From Heteronotia binoei (lineage: Eukaryota), in contig NC_083229.1 of assembly GCF_032191835.1 (NCBI RefSeq), positions 93,868,001 to 93,932,000 on the forward strand: DNA of 64,000 bases, read 5' to 3'. Shown piece after piece: positions 37,091 to 50,330 of the stretch. Below the pieces are notes generated by a model. It saw nothing but the letters and a program-made list of their open reading frames with translations, did no database searches and was not told where the DNA came from. Every line of letters begins with the position of its first letter. The stretch's first letter is position 1. The translations under genes and the position numbers were made by a program.

Positions 37091-40000
37091 TGGGAATCTT
37101 GACTCCATACTGAGGCAGTGCTCATAGGACTGGCTAGAAGTATTTGCCTTTGACTCCAAAAAGGTTGATTAAAGGAAAGAAATTTTAGCACTAAAGATCC
37201 TCACTGTATCCATGGGACGAGTGCTACTATATCACAAGACAGAAGTTAGGTGATATTGGAAGCAAGCCTACTAAAAAAAAAAAAACCATTTTATTCTATG
37301 GAGAAAACTCCCAGAAAAGTGTCCTTAATACTGCTGCAGTTATAGACAGTTTTCCTAAATTCTGCATTGTTTTTAAATTTTCAAGTTTTCAAAATAAGCA
37401 AGGTAATTAAAGTAATATCTCATATATGCAAACATATCCAGTTCTGCAGTAAAGAGCATTTAGACATTCTGATTATTTAAAACATAATTTCTCCGGGAAA
37501 TTTAGACTTCATCTCTCTGGAGAAAATTCCATAAAAGCATAGTATATCTTCTGTTTTAAACCCTAATCTTTGTACAGAATAAATAAAGACAATTGAGACC
37601 TTTCTGATTGATCCCTACTTCATATTAGAAATAAGCAATGCCATACAGAAGTTTGGGTCAGCAAATGCCCCTGTTTCCTATTGCTAAGTTTATCAGCATC
37701 CTGTGAAGACCAATGGGTACACATGAGATTATTAGTATAAATGAGCCCCATTTGAGTCATATTCTGGGAATTTAGGAAATGGTGGCCACCTATTTATATC
37801 AGGCAAACTACATCCCTCTCCTGGCTTACAGTCCATCCATACTTTCTTAAAGAAATTGTTCTAGTAGTCTCAGCTCACATTGAGTGGACATTGGTCTGCA
37901 TTAATCTTATTCAAATTAAATTTACAAGTCCTAAATTAAATTATTTTTCTGATCTCAGTTCAGTCTCCAGTGAACAGCAGTTCTGATCAGAAAAGCACTA
38001 AACATAAATCATCATAATTCATTGTAAAGGCTCTCTTAGACTAAATGAGAAAAGCACAAATTCAGTGTAGACTTGGTGGATTTCCTTTTTCCTTAAGTAA
38101 AAAAAAAAAGTGACCAACAACTAACTGAAAACAAAAAAGTCATTAAAATTGTGTGTTTTTCTTCATTAGGTTTTATTTAGGGGGGATGGAAGTTGGAGTT
38201 TTATTGTTGGTTGATGGATTGATGTTTTCAGTATATATTGTAAGCTTCCTAGAACTGGGGGAGAGGCAGGATATAAATATTTTGACAAATTAAGTTAATA
38301 TACAAAATAATGTTAAAAAAACCTCCCTTCAGATACATCAAAGTTACATGTCTTCGATGTCACATACTGTGCGCTCCAGCTCCTAATCAAAGAGTTAAGA
38401 CCCAAAATTGGATCCAGTAGAACGTGTCTATTGGTGGAAGGGTTAGCCCATGGACTATTATTTTCTTGCCTCCTCATTCTTGCTGTAGCTACAAATGTCT
38501 CACTTCTGGAGAAGGGAGGATTTCATGTTGCAGCAGGAGAGAGGAAATAAGAAAACTTTCTCTGTGTGGAAGTCCTTCTGTACATGGAGAAGCCCTACTA
38601 TATCCAAGTCCCAATCTTTACATTCTGGAGTACTAAGCATAATTATTTGGTGGAAAGTTCAATTGATCTTAGTTAACACTACTGCTGAAGAAGTGGTAAG
38701 AGATCCACAGAACCATCAAAAGCAAAGTTAAAACCTAAATCCATTGAGATCAATAGGTTTAGAAAGGTATAAATCTGTTTAGGACTATGAGTCTACAAAT
38801 CTGTTGAGGGAGATTATTTTCATTTTCCATCCTATGAAGCGGAAAATGTTAGATCTCCATTGATGATGTAGAATGCGAAATCATCATATCTATAATATCA
38901 TAAAATAGCCTTACTAGGTGTGATTATTTCATAATAAAAGCTACACCAAGCAGCACATGCAAAGCCCTGAACAAAATTAAGAGAACAAAATGGAAGAATA
39001 GACTTTATTAATATGATCTTCAACTCAGGAAGAATTGTGTGAAGAAAAAACACACAGCTGTTTCGCACACATGACATTGCTTTCTATAATCCTAAAGTCT
39101 AAAGCTATTTTCTTGTGTAATCAGTCATTTATATCCCACATTCTTGCTCTTAAATAGTTAACTGAAATGTGTGTTTCTTTTAATTTAATATATCCCTGTG
39201 GGGAAGGACAGCTAAATCCTATTTAATCCACTAACTCCTTTAATACAATTCATGGTAGTCTAACTGCTTAGCATCATCATATCAGGTTAGACATTTTCAT
39301 CACAATTTTAAGATGAATGACATTAAAATTTCATTTCCTACATATGAAAAAATATAATCCTCTGAAAGATGCTTCAAAACAATGAAGAGTAAATTAATGG
39401 CATTTGGGAAGTGTAATATAATTTATGCAGGACTTAGGGTTTGGACATGTTTATGAAAATTTTGCATCAAAATATCAAATGAAGGGGCCTTTTTTTGGTT
39501 TTTTTGCTATGCTATGGGTACGATGAATGATAGAACATGGGTCTTCCATGGTGTCTCCTTTCTGGTAGAGGATTTAGGACTAAAGATAACAAAATTTCTG
39601 GAAGGAGGGGACCTTTGGTTTACTGCATTTATTATCTGCATTCTCACAGATGGGAAGAGTTCATCTTCATTCTTGTTTATTTTATTGGGAGAGTGTTCAA
39701 ACTGGAACCCTGGAGTTCCTCAATAAGAAGACAAATAGTGAATAATGTTTCATAAATGACACCATGCCAACTGTTATCATATGCCCCTATAAAATACAGT
39801 ACAGGAGAACATTGGGTATATTCCAAGTCACACTGCTAATTCACACACTATAATGTTAACAACCAACCAGCCTAGCTGGTACATAAATTAATACAGCACG
39901 TGTCCTAGAGCTGTCATTACATGCTTTGCAATGCAAGTGGATGAACTAATGACAGAACATTTTGAGGGTGCTAATGAACCTAGGACAAATTGAGCAAGAC

Positions 40001-40623
40001 AAATTGTGGTTTATTTTCATATGAAGCTTACTACCCCCCCCCCCCCCGCCCCATAGTAGGCCTCTGGAGACTGTCAGCCAATGGTAGGTACACTGGGATG
40101 CCTCAACAGACAAGGGTTTTATTTTTCCAAGATAGGAACCTGAAAAGCACTGTCCTATCATGAAGACAGAATGTTTACATATCCGTCATGACAAGTATGC
40201 CTATGGAAGCAAGCCTCCTTCATCACAGCTGATGAATATTAGATGTATATCCAGATGGATGTGCACATCAGTGCATCAGTTCTCATAGACTTTGCTTAAG
40301 TCATGTGATTTTAAAAATTCATACATGTCTGTATCCCTTGACATGGCTGGCAACTAATTTTTATTTGTGACTTATATCACAGTCAGTATTTATATGTAAT
40401 AAACGTAGAAGGCATCCTCTAGTCCAAATAGTTTGGAAACAGAACGATAGAAGTGGATCCCTTAGGTAGCTGAGAAAGGACCAATTTCTTCTGCATTATT
40501 TCTATGAAGGTATCCACCATTTCCATCAAGGCTCCATTTGAGGGGAGGGCATTCCTTTTCCCCCTCCTTGATTGATGACTGAGACCAGCTCCTTTTTGCA
40601 AATCTCATTAGAGAGGCTGAGAA

Positions 40624-40793
40624 CAGGGCTGGCCCTAGACTCTCTGGTACCCTAAGCAAGGTTAACTTCTGGTGCCCCCCCCCTCGTATTGAAAACATCA
40701 CTGTGTCACATGGGGGGGTACCCAATTTGGTACCCCCAGAAAGACAGCACCCTAGATAATCACCTAGTTTGCCTACTGGCAGGGACGGCCCTG
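40624..40793. mobile_element. hAT MITE (CAGGGCTGGCCC ends)
   Basis: TIRs CAGGGCTGGCCCT / GGGACGGCCCTG; TSD GCTGAGAA / GTTGAGAG (6/8). Confidence 0.8.
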
Positions 40794-41503
40794 GTTGAGA
40801 GCCAGAAGACAGAGCGCAGAGCTGGCTGTAATGCTGCATAATCTGACCACATGCACTAGGAATTGTGGTCTTGAAAAGAATAGTGATCTCTGACAGAAAC
40901 GTGCCTCATCCTTTACCTAACCCTCAGACCATTTATCAGAATCTCTCAGTGGTTAAGACTACTTTAGCACGAACAGATTTGGCTGTCTTATAGCTCATAT
41001 ATTACAAACACTTAAAGCCCAACTGACTAATTATTGGGCCAGCGCTAGTTTCAAATTTCTGCCTCAGATTCTAGCTCAGTGAGGTAACCAGTACTGTTGT
41101 TAACACATCTCTCAGTCCTGATATCACCTCTCTCTTTCACAGCCCTGCAACTCCCTTGTTCTCATCTTCTATCCAGGATCGTAGCTGTTAGTTCACCTGT
41201 GATCTTTCGTATTGTCTGTTTAACATTATTTAAAGGGGCACATTATTGCATCAGAAGAAGAGACTGTGGACTGTACTAACATACTCTGTTGCTGCCCTAC
41301 TATATTTCTGCATCTCTCTATATAAAAGGCAAGTCATGTTGCTGATGATTCACCTCACCTTCCATTGACTGAGCCATGTGTCGCTCAATCTCGATGGAGA
41401 GCAATCCCATTCTCCAGCCCCAGGACAGATGAGGATTGGACCTCTGGGAAAGCTGCCTTTGCCATTGACTCACTTTTCTCTCAGTGGCTGTTGCTTGGAA
41501 ACC

Positions 41504-41690
41504 ATAGTATTCCAAGCTTGGTTCTGTCATGAGAGGCAGGGGAGGAGGCCCTTTCCAGGCTATTTTGGTCTTTGAGGGAGAACTCATTCAGGCTGGTCCT
41601 GACTAGGATTGCCAGCTCCAGGTTGGAAAATTCCTGGAGATGTTGTCGTAGAGTGTAAGGAAGGAAGAGTTTGGGGAGAGAAGAGGCCTC
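41504..41690. mobile_element. Repeat shared with 34275-34410, leading into a TAGGGTTGCCA-type end
   Basis: ccaagcttggttctgtca...ggaggaggccctttccaggct...gagggagaact...actaggattgccagctccaggttg occurs at both places. Confidence 0.55.
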
Positions 41691-42514
41691 AGCTGAACAT
41701 TGTTTGTTTATTCAATTTCTAGCCCACCCTCACCACAAGTGGACTCAGGTCAGGTAACAACGAAATAACATGGAACAATCAAATTATCATAAAACCATTT
41801 AACAATATAAAGTGGAATTTAAAATCAATTAAAATCTCAATTAAAATTATCAAGATGATGACAGAATGTTTTACCCTGGGTTGTGATGAGGAGGCAAACA
41901 ATGGTAAGCCACCTCTGAATCCAATTCTAACTATATTTGAGCTTGAAGAAAGCTCCACTGGCTACAGTGGACTCCACTGACTCCACTGTAGTCAGTGGAG
42001 CATTTCCTAGTGAGGTGGTGCAGGACTACACTTTGGAACTGACTGAGGCTGCCATTTTCCTACACCTCTTGATTGCCACCTAAAGGCACATAGGATCAGA
42101 TTGTGGTTGCATAATTACTGGGAAAGGGGCAGAAACTGGACTCCTCAACAACAGAGTCTGTCCTTTGTTTAGAACTCCAGGGGTTCTTTACCAATGAGTT
42201 TGCATGAGCTGACTTCCCAAAAGCAGCCTGGGAAAACTTTGCCTGCTTTTGGAAAAATGCCTTTCCTTTAAAAAAAAAAAAAAAGAAAAGAAAGGGGGGG
42301 TGTCCTTTTCAACCAATCCAGTGGCACCTTTAAGACCAACAAAGTCTTAGACGGAAAAGGGGGGGGGGGCAGAAGTTAGTTTTGCCTAGGGTGCTAGATA
42401 GTCTAGGACTGGCACTGGGTAGAGGACAGCTAAGTTTTACATCTGGTACTCCCACTACTGCTATTTGATTAACTATTAATAAAAATGTAAATAGTATGGA
42501 GAACACACACATAG

Positions 42515-42797
42515 ACAGCTTGGTGTAGTGCTTAAGTGTGCGGACTCTTATCTGGGAGAACTGGGTTTGATTCCCCACTCCTCCACTTGCACCTTCTGGA
42601 ATGGCCTTGGGTTAACCATAGCTCTCGTAGGAGTTGTCCTTGAGATGGCAACTTCTGGGAGAGCCCTTTCAGCCCCACCCACCTCACAGGGTGTCTGTTG
42701 TGGGAGAGAAGATATAGGAGATTGTAAGCCATTCTGAGTCTCTGATACAGAGAGAAGGGCAGGGTATAAATCTGCTTCTTCTTCATCATCATCTCTT
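42515..42797 (+). mobile_element. Squam3-like tRNA-derived SINE
   Basis: tRNA-like head tggtgtagtgcttaagtgtgcggactct...gggtttgattcccc (A- and B-box-like) and a (TTC/ATC)n tail. Confidence 0.9.
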
Positions 42798-44217
42798 TCT
42801 CCCCCATGAGATAGTGGCACCACCTAGACTTGATGCCATCCTTTTTTTAGAGAGTCTGAGATGTTTTTATGTTATTTAAGTTGTTCTAATTGTTCTGATA
42901 TATAATTTGCTATGAACTGCCCTGAGCCCACTCTTTAGGAAGTGTCGTCAAAATAAATAAATTGTCTTACACTGAGTCTCAGTGACAAAGGTAGACAAAA
43001 ATGACATACATAACAGAAATGATAAAGTATATGTGTGTGTATACACACACACACACGTATCTTATGACCATATATGGTAACACAATGTGCAAGGTTCAGT
43101 TATTCTCTGTTGAATATGTGAACTGTTTTCATTGAAAACTATTGGTTGGTTATTTAATGAGTATCTATACAACAAAATATTTCAACAGATGTTTGTTGAA
43201 GGACTTAGAATTCAGGTATATTTAATTAGTCATGAGAATAAATGCCAGGCTACAACATACTGCTATTTGATTAACTGTTAATAAAAATGTAAATAGTATG
43301 GAGAACACATACATAGTTTAAGGCAAGATGTTTTGCAGAGGAAATATTTGTGTATGGTAGCTGCATCTCCAACAGAAATACATGATGCGACAGCATACTG
43401 ATGCAAATTTTAAATGTGCCTTGGGGGAATTGAAATAAAATAGGTATGTTCAGGTTGCTTCACTGAAGTGATGCATTGTATTACACAGCACATTAGGATG
43501 AATTACAGCCCATATATGTGCAGAAGTTCACACAGAGATGTCTGTTAAAGCAGTCCCTGTAGCTGCAAGAAACTGCAGGAAGCCTCTGTCCAGCTTTAAA
43601 TAGTGTGACATTCTGGCTGTTCATATGGCACTATTCTCCACATGAATGGTGTGCGATTTCTATAAGAACTGCCAAACGCTAATGAGGTTTTAGTCAACGT
43701 TGACATGACATCAAAAGAAAGATATCCATTACAGAGAAGAGGAAGAGGGTATGAGTGAGGCAAAGGTTTTGCATACAATTACAGTGAGCCTAGACTTGGT
43801 GCAGCCTGCAGCTCTGAGCTTGGCATGTGAGGTCAGGCACTCCCATCTTAAAACGCAAATCTCAGAGCTGGATTTATGTGCAAGTTTAGGACCCCAGATT
43901 AGGAGGGACCTCTATTTAAAAAAATACCCCCAAAATCTTCATCTTTGTAATGCTACTAGGGTCTCTTAAATTTAGCATAGTTTAGGGCTGTAGCATGGTG
44001 AATCCAGCTCTGGTAGGCATGGTAATCTGTTTTGTCAAGGTGTTCTAAGGGCACAGATGCTTCCCAATACCTCTTCTGATTTTAGAGTTCTAAATTGCCC
44101 ATTCTTGTTTTGAAAATGAATAAACAGCTGGTAAATTTACTTTTCTTCCATACTTCATTTCTAAAGAATTATCCCCTCCTCCATTTTCTTACACATTATT
44201 TGTGAAATAGTTTGAGG

Positions 44218-44960
44218 AAGAAGAAGAAGAAGAAGATGATGATGATGATGATGATGATGATATTGGATTTAAATCCTGCCTTATACTCTGAATCTCAGGG
44301 TGGTTTCACACAAGAGATTTGACCAGACCTAGGAATGCCTTCCGTTTGATTCAAAGGTGCACGTTCACACACGCACATCTGCCCTCCAAGCCCAGCCCAT
44401 TCCCAGCCCGTCCCCAGACACCTCCTATCCGTATTTAAAAGCTACCGGGATTATCCTGGTAGCATCCCCCTGAATCAATTGTAGGTTGCATAATTGGCTG
44501 CTGTCTGAATGTCCCGGCGCGACTCATGAGCGGAAGAGCTGTGTGATCACACCAAGCCATTTCTGGCACAGTCAGGGTGTTTTTTTTCCCTAGCCCCTCT
44601 CCATGGTGCGCTTGTGTGCTTCTCAACATGAGCGCACGCATAGGGGTCCACAGAAAAACCACCCTTTCCACAGTGGAACCAGGCTAGCAGTCTGAAGGCA
44701 GAAGCACGAATGGCTGCCGGGATGCTACTGCTTCAATGGTGGCTGTCTGATCCCCCTAAAATGGACCTGTCTGATTCAGGTTTTTTTTCGCCTCGGGATA
44801 CTATCCCATCAATTTCCCAGTGTGATAGCATCCTCAGAGTCTAAGAGCAGTCACAATCTCCTTTACCTTCCCACAGGGGAGGCCACACAGTAAGACAGAT
44901 ATAGAGACTGGTTTAAGGTCACCTGGTGAGTTTCATAGCAGAGTTTGGAGCTGAGCTCAA
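44218..44960 (-). mobile_element. Squam-like SINE split by a Harbinger-like MITE
   Basis: (GAA)n(GAT)n tail at 44218-44262. The SINE body resumes after 44836. Confidence 0.7.
44298..44833. mobile_element. PIF/Harbinger-like MITE
   Basis: Imperfect 14-bp TIRs GGGTGGTTTCACAC / GTGTGATAGCATCC. 3-bp TSD TCA on both sides (44295-44297 and 44834-44836). Confidence 0.7.
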
Positions 44961-45177
44961 GGAGCCCCATGACACTTTTAAGATTGATTATTGTGGTACA
45001 TGCTTTTCTGAGCCAGAACTTTACAAAATCTTATGCCATGATAAATTCCAAGGTGCCACAGGGCTCTGTCATTTTTTAAGAAGCAAAGTAGAAATAATTT
45101 TAGGACATTCTATGTAAAATGCATGCCAAAGCTGCTTTTTGGTAGTACTTTATGAACACACATGTGTGTACTGGTTA

Positions 45178-45450
<273 letters not shown>

Positions 45451-45522
45451 TTATGCATGGGATAGAGAAGGTAAAGAAATAAGTGCTTTTCTACCTTTCT
45501 CACAATAGAAGAACTCATGGCC

Positions 45523-45986
45523 ACTCAATGAAATCTCTGAGCAGTCAGGTTAGAACGAATAAAAGGAATTACTTCTTCACCCAAAGGGTGATATAGAATT
45601 CTCTGCCACAGGAGGTTGTGGTGGCTACAAGCATGGATGACTTCAAGAGGGAATTGGATAAACATATGGAGCAGAGGTCCATCAGTGGCTATTAGCCACA
45701 AGGAATAGATGGAACTCTCTGTCTGGGGCAAAGGATGCTCTATATTCTTGGTGCTTGGAGGGGCAACAGTGGGAGGGCTTCTAGTGTCCTAGCCCCACTG
45801 GGGGACCTCCTGATGGGGGGAAGTGTTTATGAGTTTCCTGCATTGTGCAGGGGGTTGGACTAGATGACCCTAGAGCTCCCTTCCAACTCTATGATGGTAC
45901 CTGGTTTTTTGGTCACTGTGTGACAGAATGTTGGAATGGATGGGCCATTGGCCTGACTCAACATGGCATCTCTTATGTTCTTAATA
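45523..45986 (+). mobile_element. CR1 LINE 3' end with a nested second CR1-type 3' end (~45820-45895)
   Basis: ORF2 C-terminus-like RTNKRNYFFTQRV..LPQEVV..FKRELDKHME and terminal ...cttatgttctt. Nested tgcattgtgcagggggttggactagatgaccc...ttccaactctatga. Confidence 0.85.
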
Positions 45987-47304
45987 TGAATAGAAGAATA
46001 ATGCAAATTGGGGGAAATTATACATTTTAACAGAAGGACCTAAAAGATGTGGCAAAGGGTGCATGATCCAACTCCAGAATTAATTTGAGAAATTCTAGTT
46101 AAACCAGAACTTAGGAGAGGGGAACACTGATATCCCAGAACAACAAAAGAGAAATCCATGTATCTCAATTATAACTATGATTTGCGTGAAATTATTTAAA
46201 CATTAATGAAATCCAAATATTAAATATTGTTCTTGTATCTATTCAAATAATGTGCAACTTTAGGTAGTAAGCTACAACAAAAAGCTTTGATCTCTTTCTG
46301 TTTTCATCACTGACCTGCAAACCTCTTCCAGGAAGCCCATGCATATTTTACATTCCTCTGGATAGTTATTTGTAATTTTAGTTTTCAGCCTCGCTTTAAC
46401 AATTTAAATAATTATGTGAATCATTTTTGCTTTACTTATTCCAGACCTTTTCTTTTCTTTGAAGGAGTGCTTAAGTATGGCACACAGAATTCTTATTGTA
46501 TATAAAGGCTTTTTAATATTATGTTCTAGTCTAAGTGCACTTTGGGGTATTTTGATATCTGTAGTTGAAGGATGTAAGGTCTTTTGCAGTATGTGAAAAT
46601 GAAAGGGAAGATAACATGCTGCAGCATTAGTGGATTCATTTTATTCCATGCCAAATAATGTAAATGTAATTGGGGCTGTTTGCCTTGATTTGCTCTGGAA
46701 TGTTCCCCAAAAATACAATGCATGGATAAAACAGGTAGATGGAATGGTATTTTGTACACCACAGTAATAAAGCAAGCAATTTTAATAATTTCAATATGTA
46801 ACCGGGTCATTATCAGTTAGTATGCTGAAAATTATAAGGCTGGGCATTCAAAGTGAATTTATTTCAGAGATCTTGCTGAAAATGTTGACGAATTTGCAGG
46901 CCAGTGAATGTTTTTATTTCCTAAGGAAGCTTTGTCCTCCCTCAAAGCTTTAGGTCACAGAATAAGGCTATTTTTAATGAACGCAGGGAGGGTGTTGCAT
47001 TTTCAGAAGAATGGAAGGCAATGTTGCCAGCACAGAAGACAAACTCAGGCCACAGATTGTACATAGGCACATTCTCGGTTGCCACCAGCCAAAAACAGCC
47101 GCATTTATTTCCATCCCTGGGATAAGGTCTGCAGCACCTGAAGGAAGCTTTCAATGTGACTGATACATAAAAACACTTTGAAATGATAATACCTTCCTCT
47201 TTGGTTGCAAGCTGTGCAAGTAAACACCCCTGTCAGTCTTATATTTGCAAAGTCTCTCTCTCTCTCTCTCTCTGTCTCTCTGTGGTTTTTTTTTTAATGT
47301 TTAG

Positions 47305-47520
47305 TCAGAGAGTTACCAGAATAATAGCTTCAGAGGGTAGCTATGCTGGTATGCAGTAAAACAATTAGATGTGAGTCCAGATGCACCTTAGACACCAACA
47401 AGATTTTCAGGGTAGAAGCTTTCAAGAGTCAAAACTCCCTTTGTCAGATACAAGATGGAATGGGGCTTTTTGAGTCTTTATATTCCAGTCAGAAGATGGG
47501 AGAAGTGTGGCAAAGAAGGA
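47305..47520. mobile_element. Penelope-like element terminal fragment
   Basis: gagtccagatgcaccttagacaccaacaagattttc...gctttcaagagtcaaaactccctttgtcagatac is a typical squamate PLE end (from memory). Confidence 0.6.
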
Positions 47521-47739
47521 ACACAGGATGCAGAGGTATCATGCAATTTTTTGGCATCCTGAAAGTCTTGTTTGACTATAAGGAGTGAATGGACTCAGCT
47601 CTAGCAGAAAAATAGCCGGTTCCATAGATTTCTGAATATTCCTACCATTATTTTTTTTCAGTTCAATTAGTTAAACTGGAGCAATTTCAGTACATATTTT
47701 GATTAGCTGATATCCGAATACATGACTCTGTCATATAGA

Positions 47740-48256
47740 CAGAGGCGTCACTAGGGTGGGTTGCACCCTGGGGTGTAACTGATTAAAGTCAACCCCCCCC
47801 CCCATTGGGCATCACCCCTTTTGGAAGGCTGCGTCACCCCCTCCGCACACAACCCCTCTCGGCTCCCGGGGTTCCTGTTTGGCCCGGCAGGCCCCAGGGG
47901 CGCGCTGCACACAATCAGAGGATATACTGACCAGAAATGCAGCTGCAGCCCGAGAGGCACGGCCGGCTTCCCAGCATTCACACCTCTAGGCCGGGCCGCG
48001 CTGGTGGGGGTGCGCCGGGCCTCAGGGCGGATATCCAGCGGAGGCTTCCAAAGGCACACAGAAGCCCCGCCCCCTGCCAAAAGCGCACTAGTTTGCTCTC
48101 TCCTCCGGAGGGGAGGAAAATCTCCTGGCAGCCACGCCACGATGTGGCGGGCTGCTAGAGGCTCCGTGGTCCAGGGCCAGCCCCTTCCTGGGGCCAATGA
48201 GAATGCTCTGGGGGAGGGCCGATGGCCCCCTTGGCCCCGCCCTAGTGATGCCACTG
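47740..48256. mobile_element. hAT non-autonomous element with CpG-rich interior
   Basis: 21-bp TIRs CAGAGGCGTCACTAGGGTGGG / CCCGCCCTAGTGATGCCACTG (18/21); 8-bp TSD CATATAGA / CATATAAA. Confidence 0.9.
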
Positions 48257-48459
48257 CATATAAAGAAATTTCTGCTGAGTAAGTTTCTATATGAAAGACA
48301 GAGTCTGCTTTGCTCTTCTTTACTGTCTCGAGTGCATTTTTTTTCCTGGTGACATCACTGGGATTTTCACATGTGGCACATTTTGGGGCAATGGCATTTC
48401 ACATATTAAATCATTTCTAATATTGTAATGTTTCCTTTTCTCAAAAGATCTATGGGTGG

Positions 48460-48610
48460 CATGCATGGCACCCTCTTCTCATTTTATCTTCACACCCAGC
48501 CTATGAGACAAATAAGGCTAAAAGATAAGTGGTTGGTCTAAGGTCACCCAGTAAACTGGTGAAAGTATTGGGATTCAGCCCCAATTTCTTTGGTTGAAAC
48601 CATCTTAAAT
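48460..48610 (-). mobile_element. Degenerate SINE
   Basis: ttttatcttcacacccagcctatgag...ggtctaaggtcacccagtaaact...gggattcagcccc resembles the SINE body. Confidence 0.5.
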
Positions 48611-49559
48611 CTTTTCTGCTCCAATTTGCCAACACAAGGACTATTGTTTTAGAGTTAAATGGATTGCTGCTGATAAATGGCATTCTCCTTCTCTTTGTAA
48701 ACTCCACAGTATTATTATTCCCATGGGCTGAGAATGACAGGGCATATGTAATCCCAAGAATTTCAGATGGTTCCCCCCCCACCACCAATGAGCCCACCCA
48801 ACTCTTATAATTCCTAATAGGGGGGGAAATGCAGAACTGCTTAGCCGCTGGTCTACCTTCTTTTTTTCTCCTAAAAAAATCCTTCAAACATTTAAAGAAT
48901 TCATGGCATATATATCTTCACATTGTCTTACAGGATGAAGTCTTTATAGCTGTTCTTTCTGGAGTAGTATAAATAATTTATGTTTTAAAAATGAAAGCTA
49001 TTCCATGTTAGGGAAAACACCATTTATCCATCACCAACTGTTGGATAATGTGGGATATCTAAATTTGGCAGACTGAATTGTTCTCAGCAGATTGTTCCTA
49101 GCAACCTTCAGATGTACAAATTCTTTTCATTCATTCAGGTTGTCTGATTGCGTCACCATAAGTGTCTTCAGAAAAGTTAAGCCAAGATTATAGATTTATT
49201 AAGAAGTGGGCCAGAGTGAAGCAGCCCTCAAACATCAAGGACATAGATCCTGATGTCACTTGCACCAGTAGTGGCCTGCTGGGTGACCAGAGGGAGTAGG
49301 ACCCACACAAGAGGCCTGTGGGTCTCATAAGAAAGGGCAGCAGTTTCTGTGGGTGTGCACTAGGGACATGAGTCTTTTGCCATGTATGCAAGCATCTCAC
49401 TTATTTCTTATAGCAAACTACCAACTGAATAAGCAACACCACATGTTTGTGTTTTTAACACAAACATTTATACATTCACACTCAGAAGCCAACTTTTCTG
49501 AACTCACAGCATCTGCTTCTAGGATATAATCAGAATGTCTGAGAAAGAAATGTTAGTTT

Positions 49560-50330
49560 CTATTTTTTAACAGTTGTTTATTTATTTAATCAAACTTTTA
49601 TACCACTCTCCCTGTAGGGCAGCCTCAAGGTGTGTACAACAGATTCATACAAAAAATACATTAAACCAAGCTACACAATCCTAACATCTACATGGCACCT
49701 GAAATCAGAATTTTTAATCAGAATTGACATTAACAGTGGGGTGAGAAGAATAAGAAAGCAACTAATAAACCACTTGCTGTTAAAAACCATAACTGTCCTC
49801 AACTGTATGCTTGGTGGATATGGTTGCCAGGTCTTACCTTCCCAGCAGTGAGGGATTCCAGTCCTCTTTCCACAAGATGACATCATCATGTTGGTCACAA
49901 CATATGGAGGATGCTCTATCATTTAGGGAAAAACACTATGGTTACCAAAAACTCCATGATCACATCATCTCCAGGTGATGTCATCATGTTGGGCATGTCA
50001 GGTTCACTGGAGTTCTTTGGGGGTGGGGGTCCATCTCAACAGTTAGATCCATGGTGGTGGACTGAAGGACCCAAAAGTGGGGGTAGCCTTGCCCCCATTG
50101 GGGATTGGGAACCCCATTGGCAGAACATTAGTGCCATAATTGTAACAAGTCCCACAGGACCCTGATGTCAGTTAGTATGCAGAGATTTCCACCAATTTGG
50201 AGCCAGGACCGAGAAGGTCCTAGGTTTAGTTGAGGACATCTAGATGCTCTTTGGGCCAGGGACTTCTAGTAGGTGTTGGTCTCCTGAGCGCAATGCTTTC
50301 TGGGGGACATGCCAGGAGATGTGGTCCCAT
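49560..50330 (-). mobile_element. L2-type LINE 3' fragment interrupted by a MITE
   Basis: Tail ttatttatttaatc..tttataccactctccc and ggagccaggaccgagaaggtcct...gggccaggga (reverse of the L2 AFSV.AP region). Confidence 0.6.
49819..50116. mobile_element. TAGGGTTGCCA-family hAT MITE
   Basis: Ends TATGGTTGCCA / TGGGAACCCCA; TSD TTGGTGGA / TTGGCAGA (6/8). Confidence 0.75.

Noticed and set aside
39500-39760. Possible very old L1 RT fragment
   Set aside because: Only faint motif resemblance, too weak to list as a feature.
42515-42590. tRNA gene
   Set aside because: It is the tRNA-derived head of a SINE, with no complete cloverleaf. The same applies to the other SINE heads.
47751-48282. 153- and 167-aa ORFs
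   Set aside because: Stop-poor GC-rich hAT interior; low-complexity Ala/Gly/Pro/Arg peptides.
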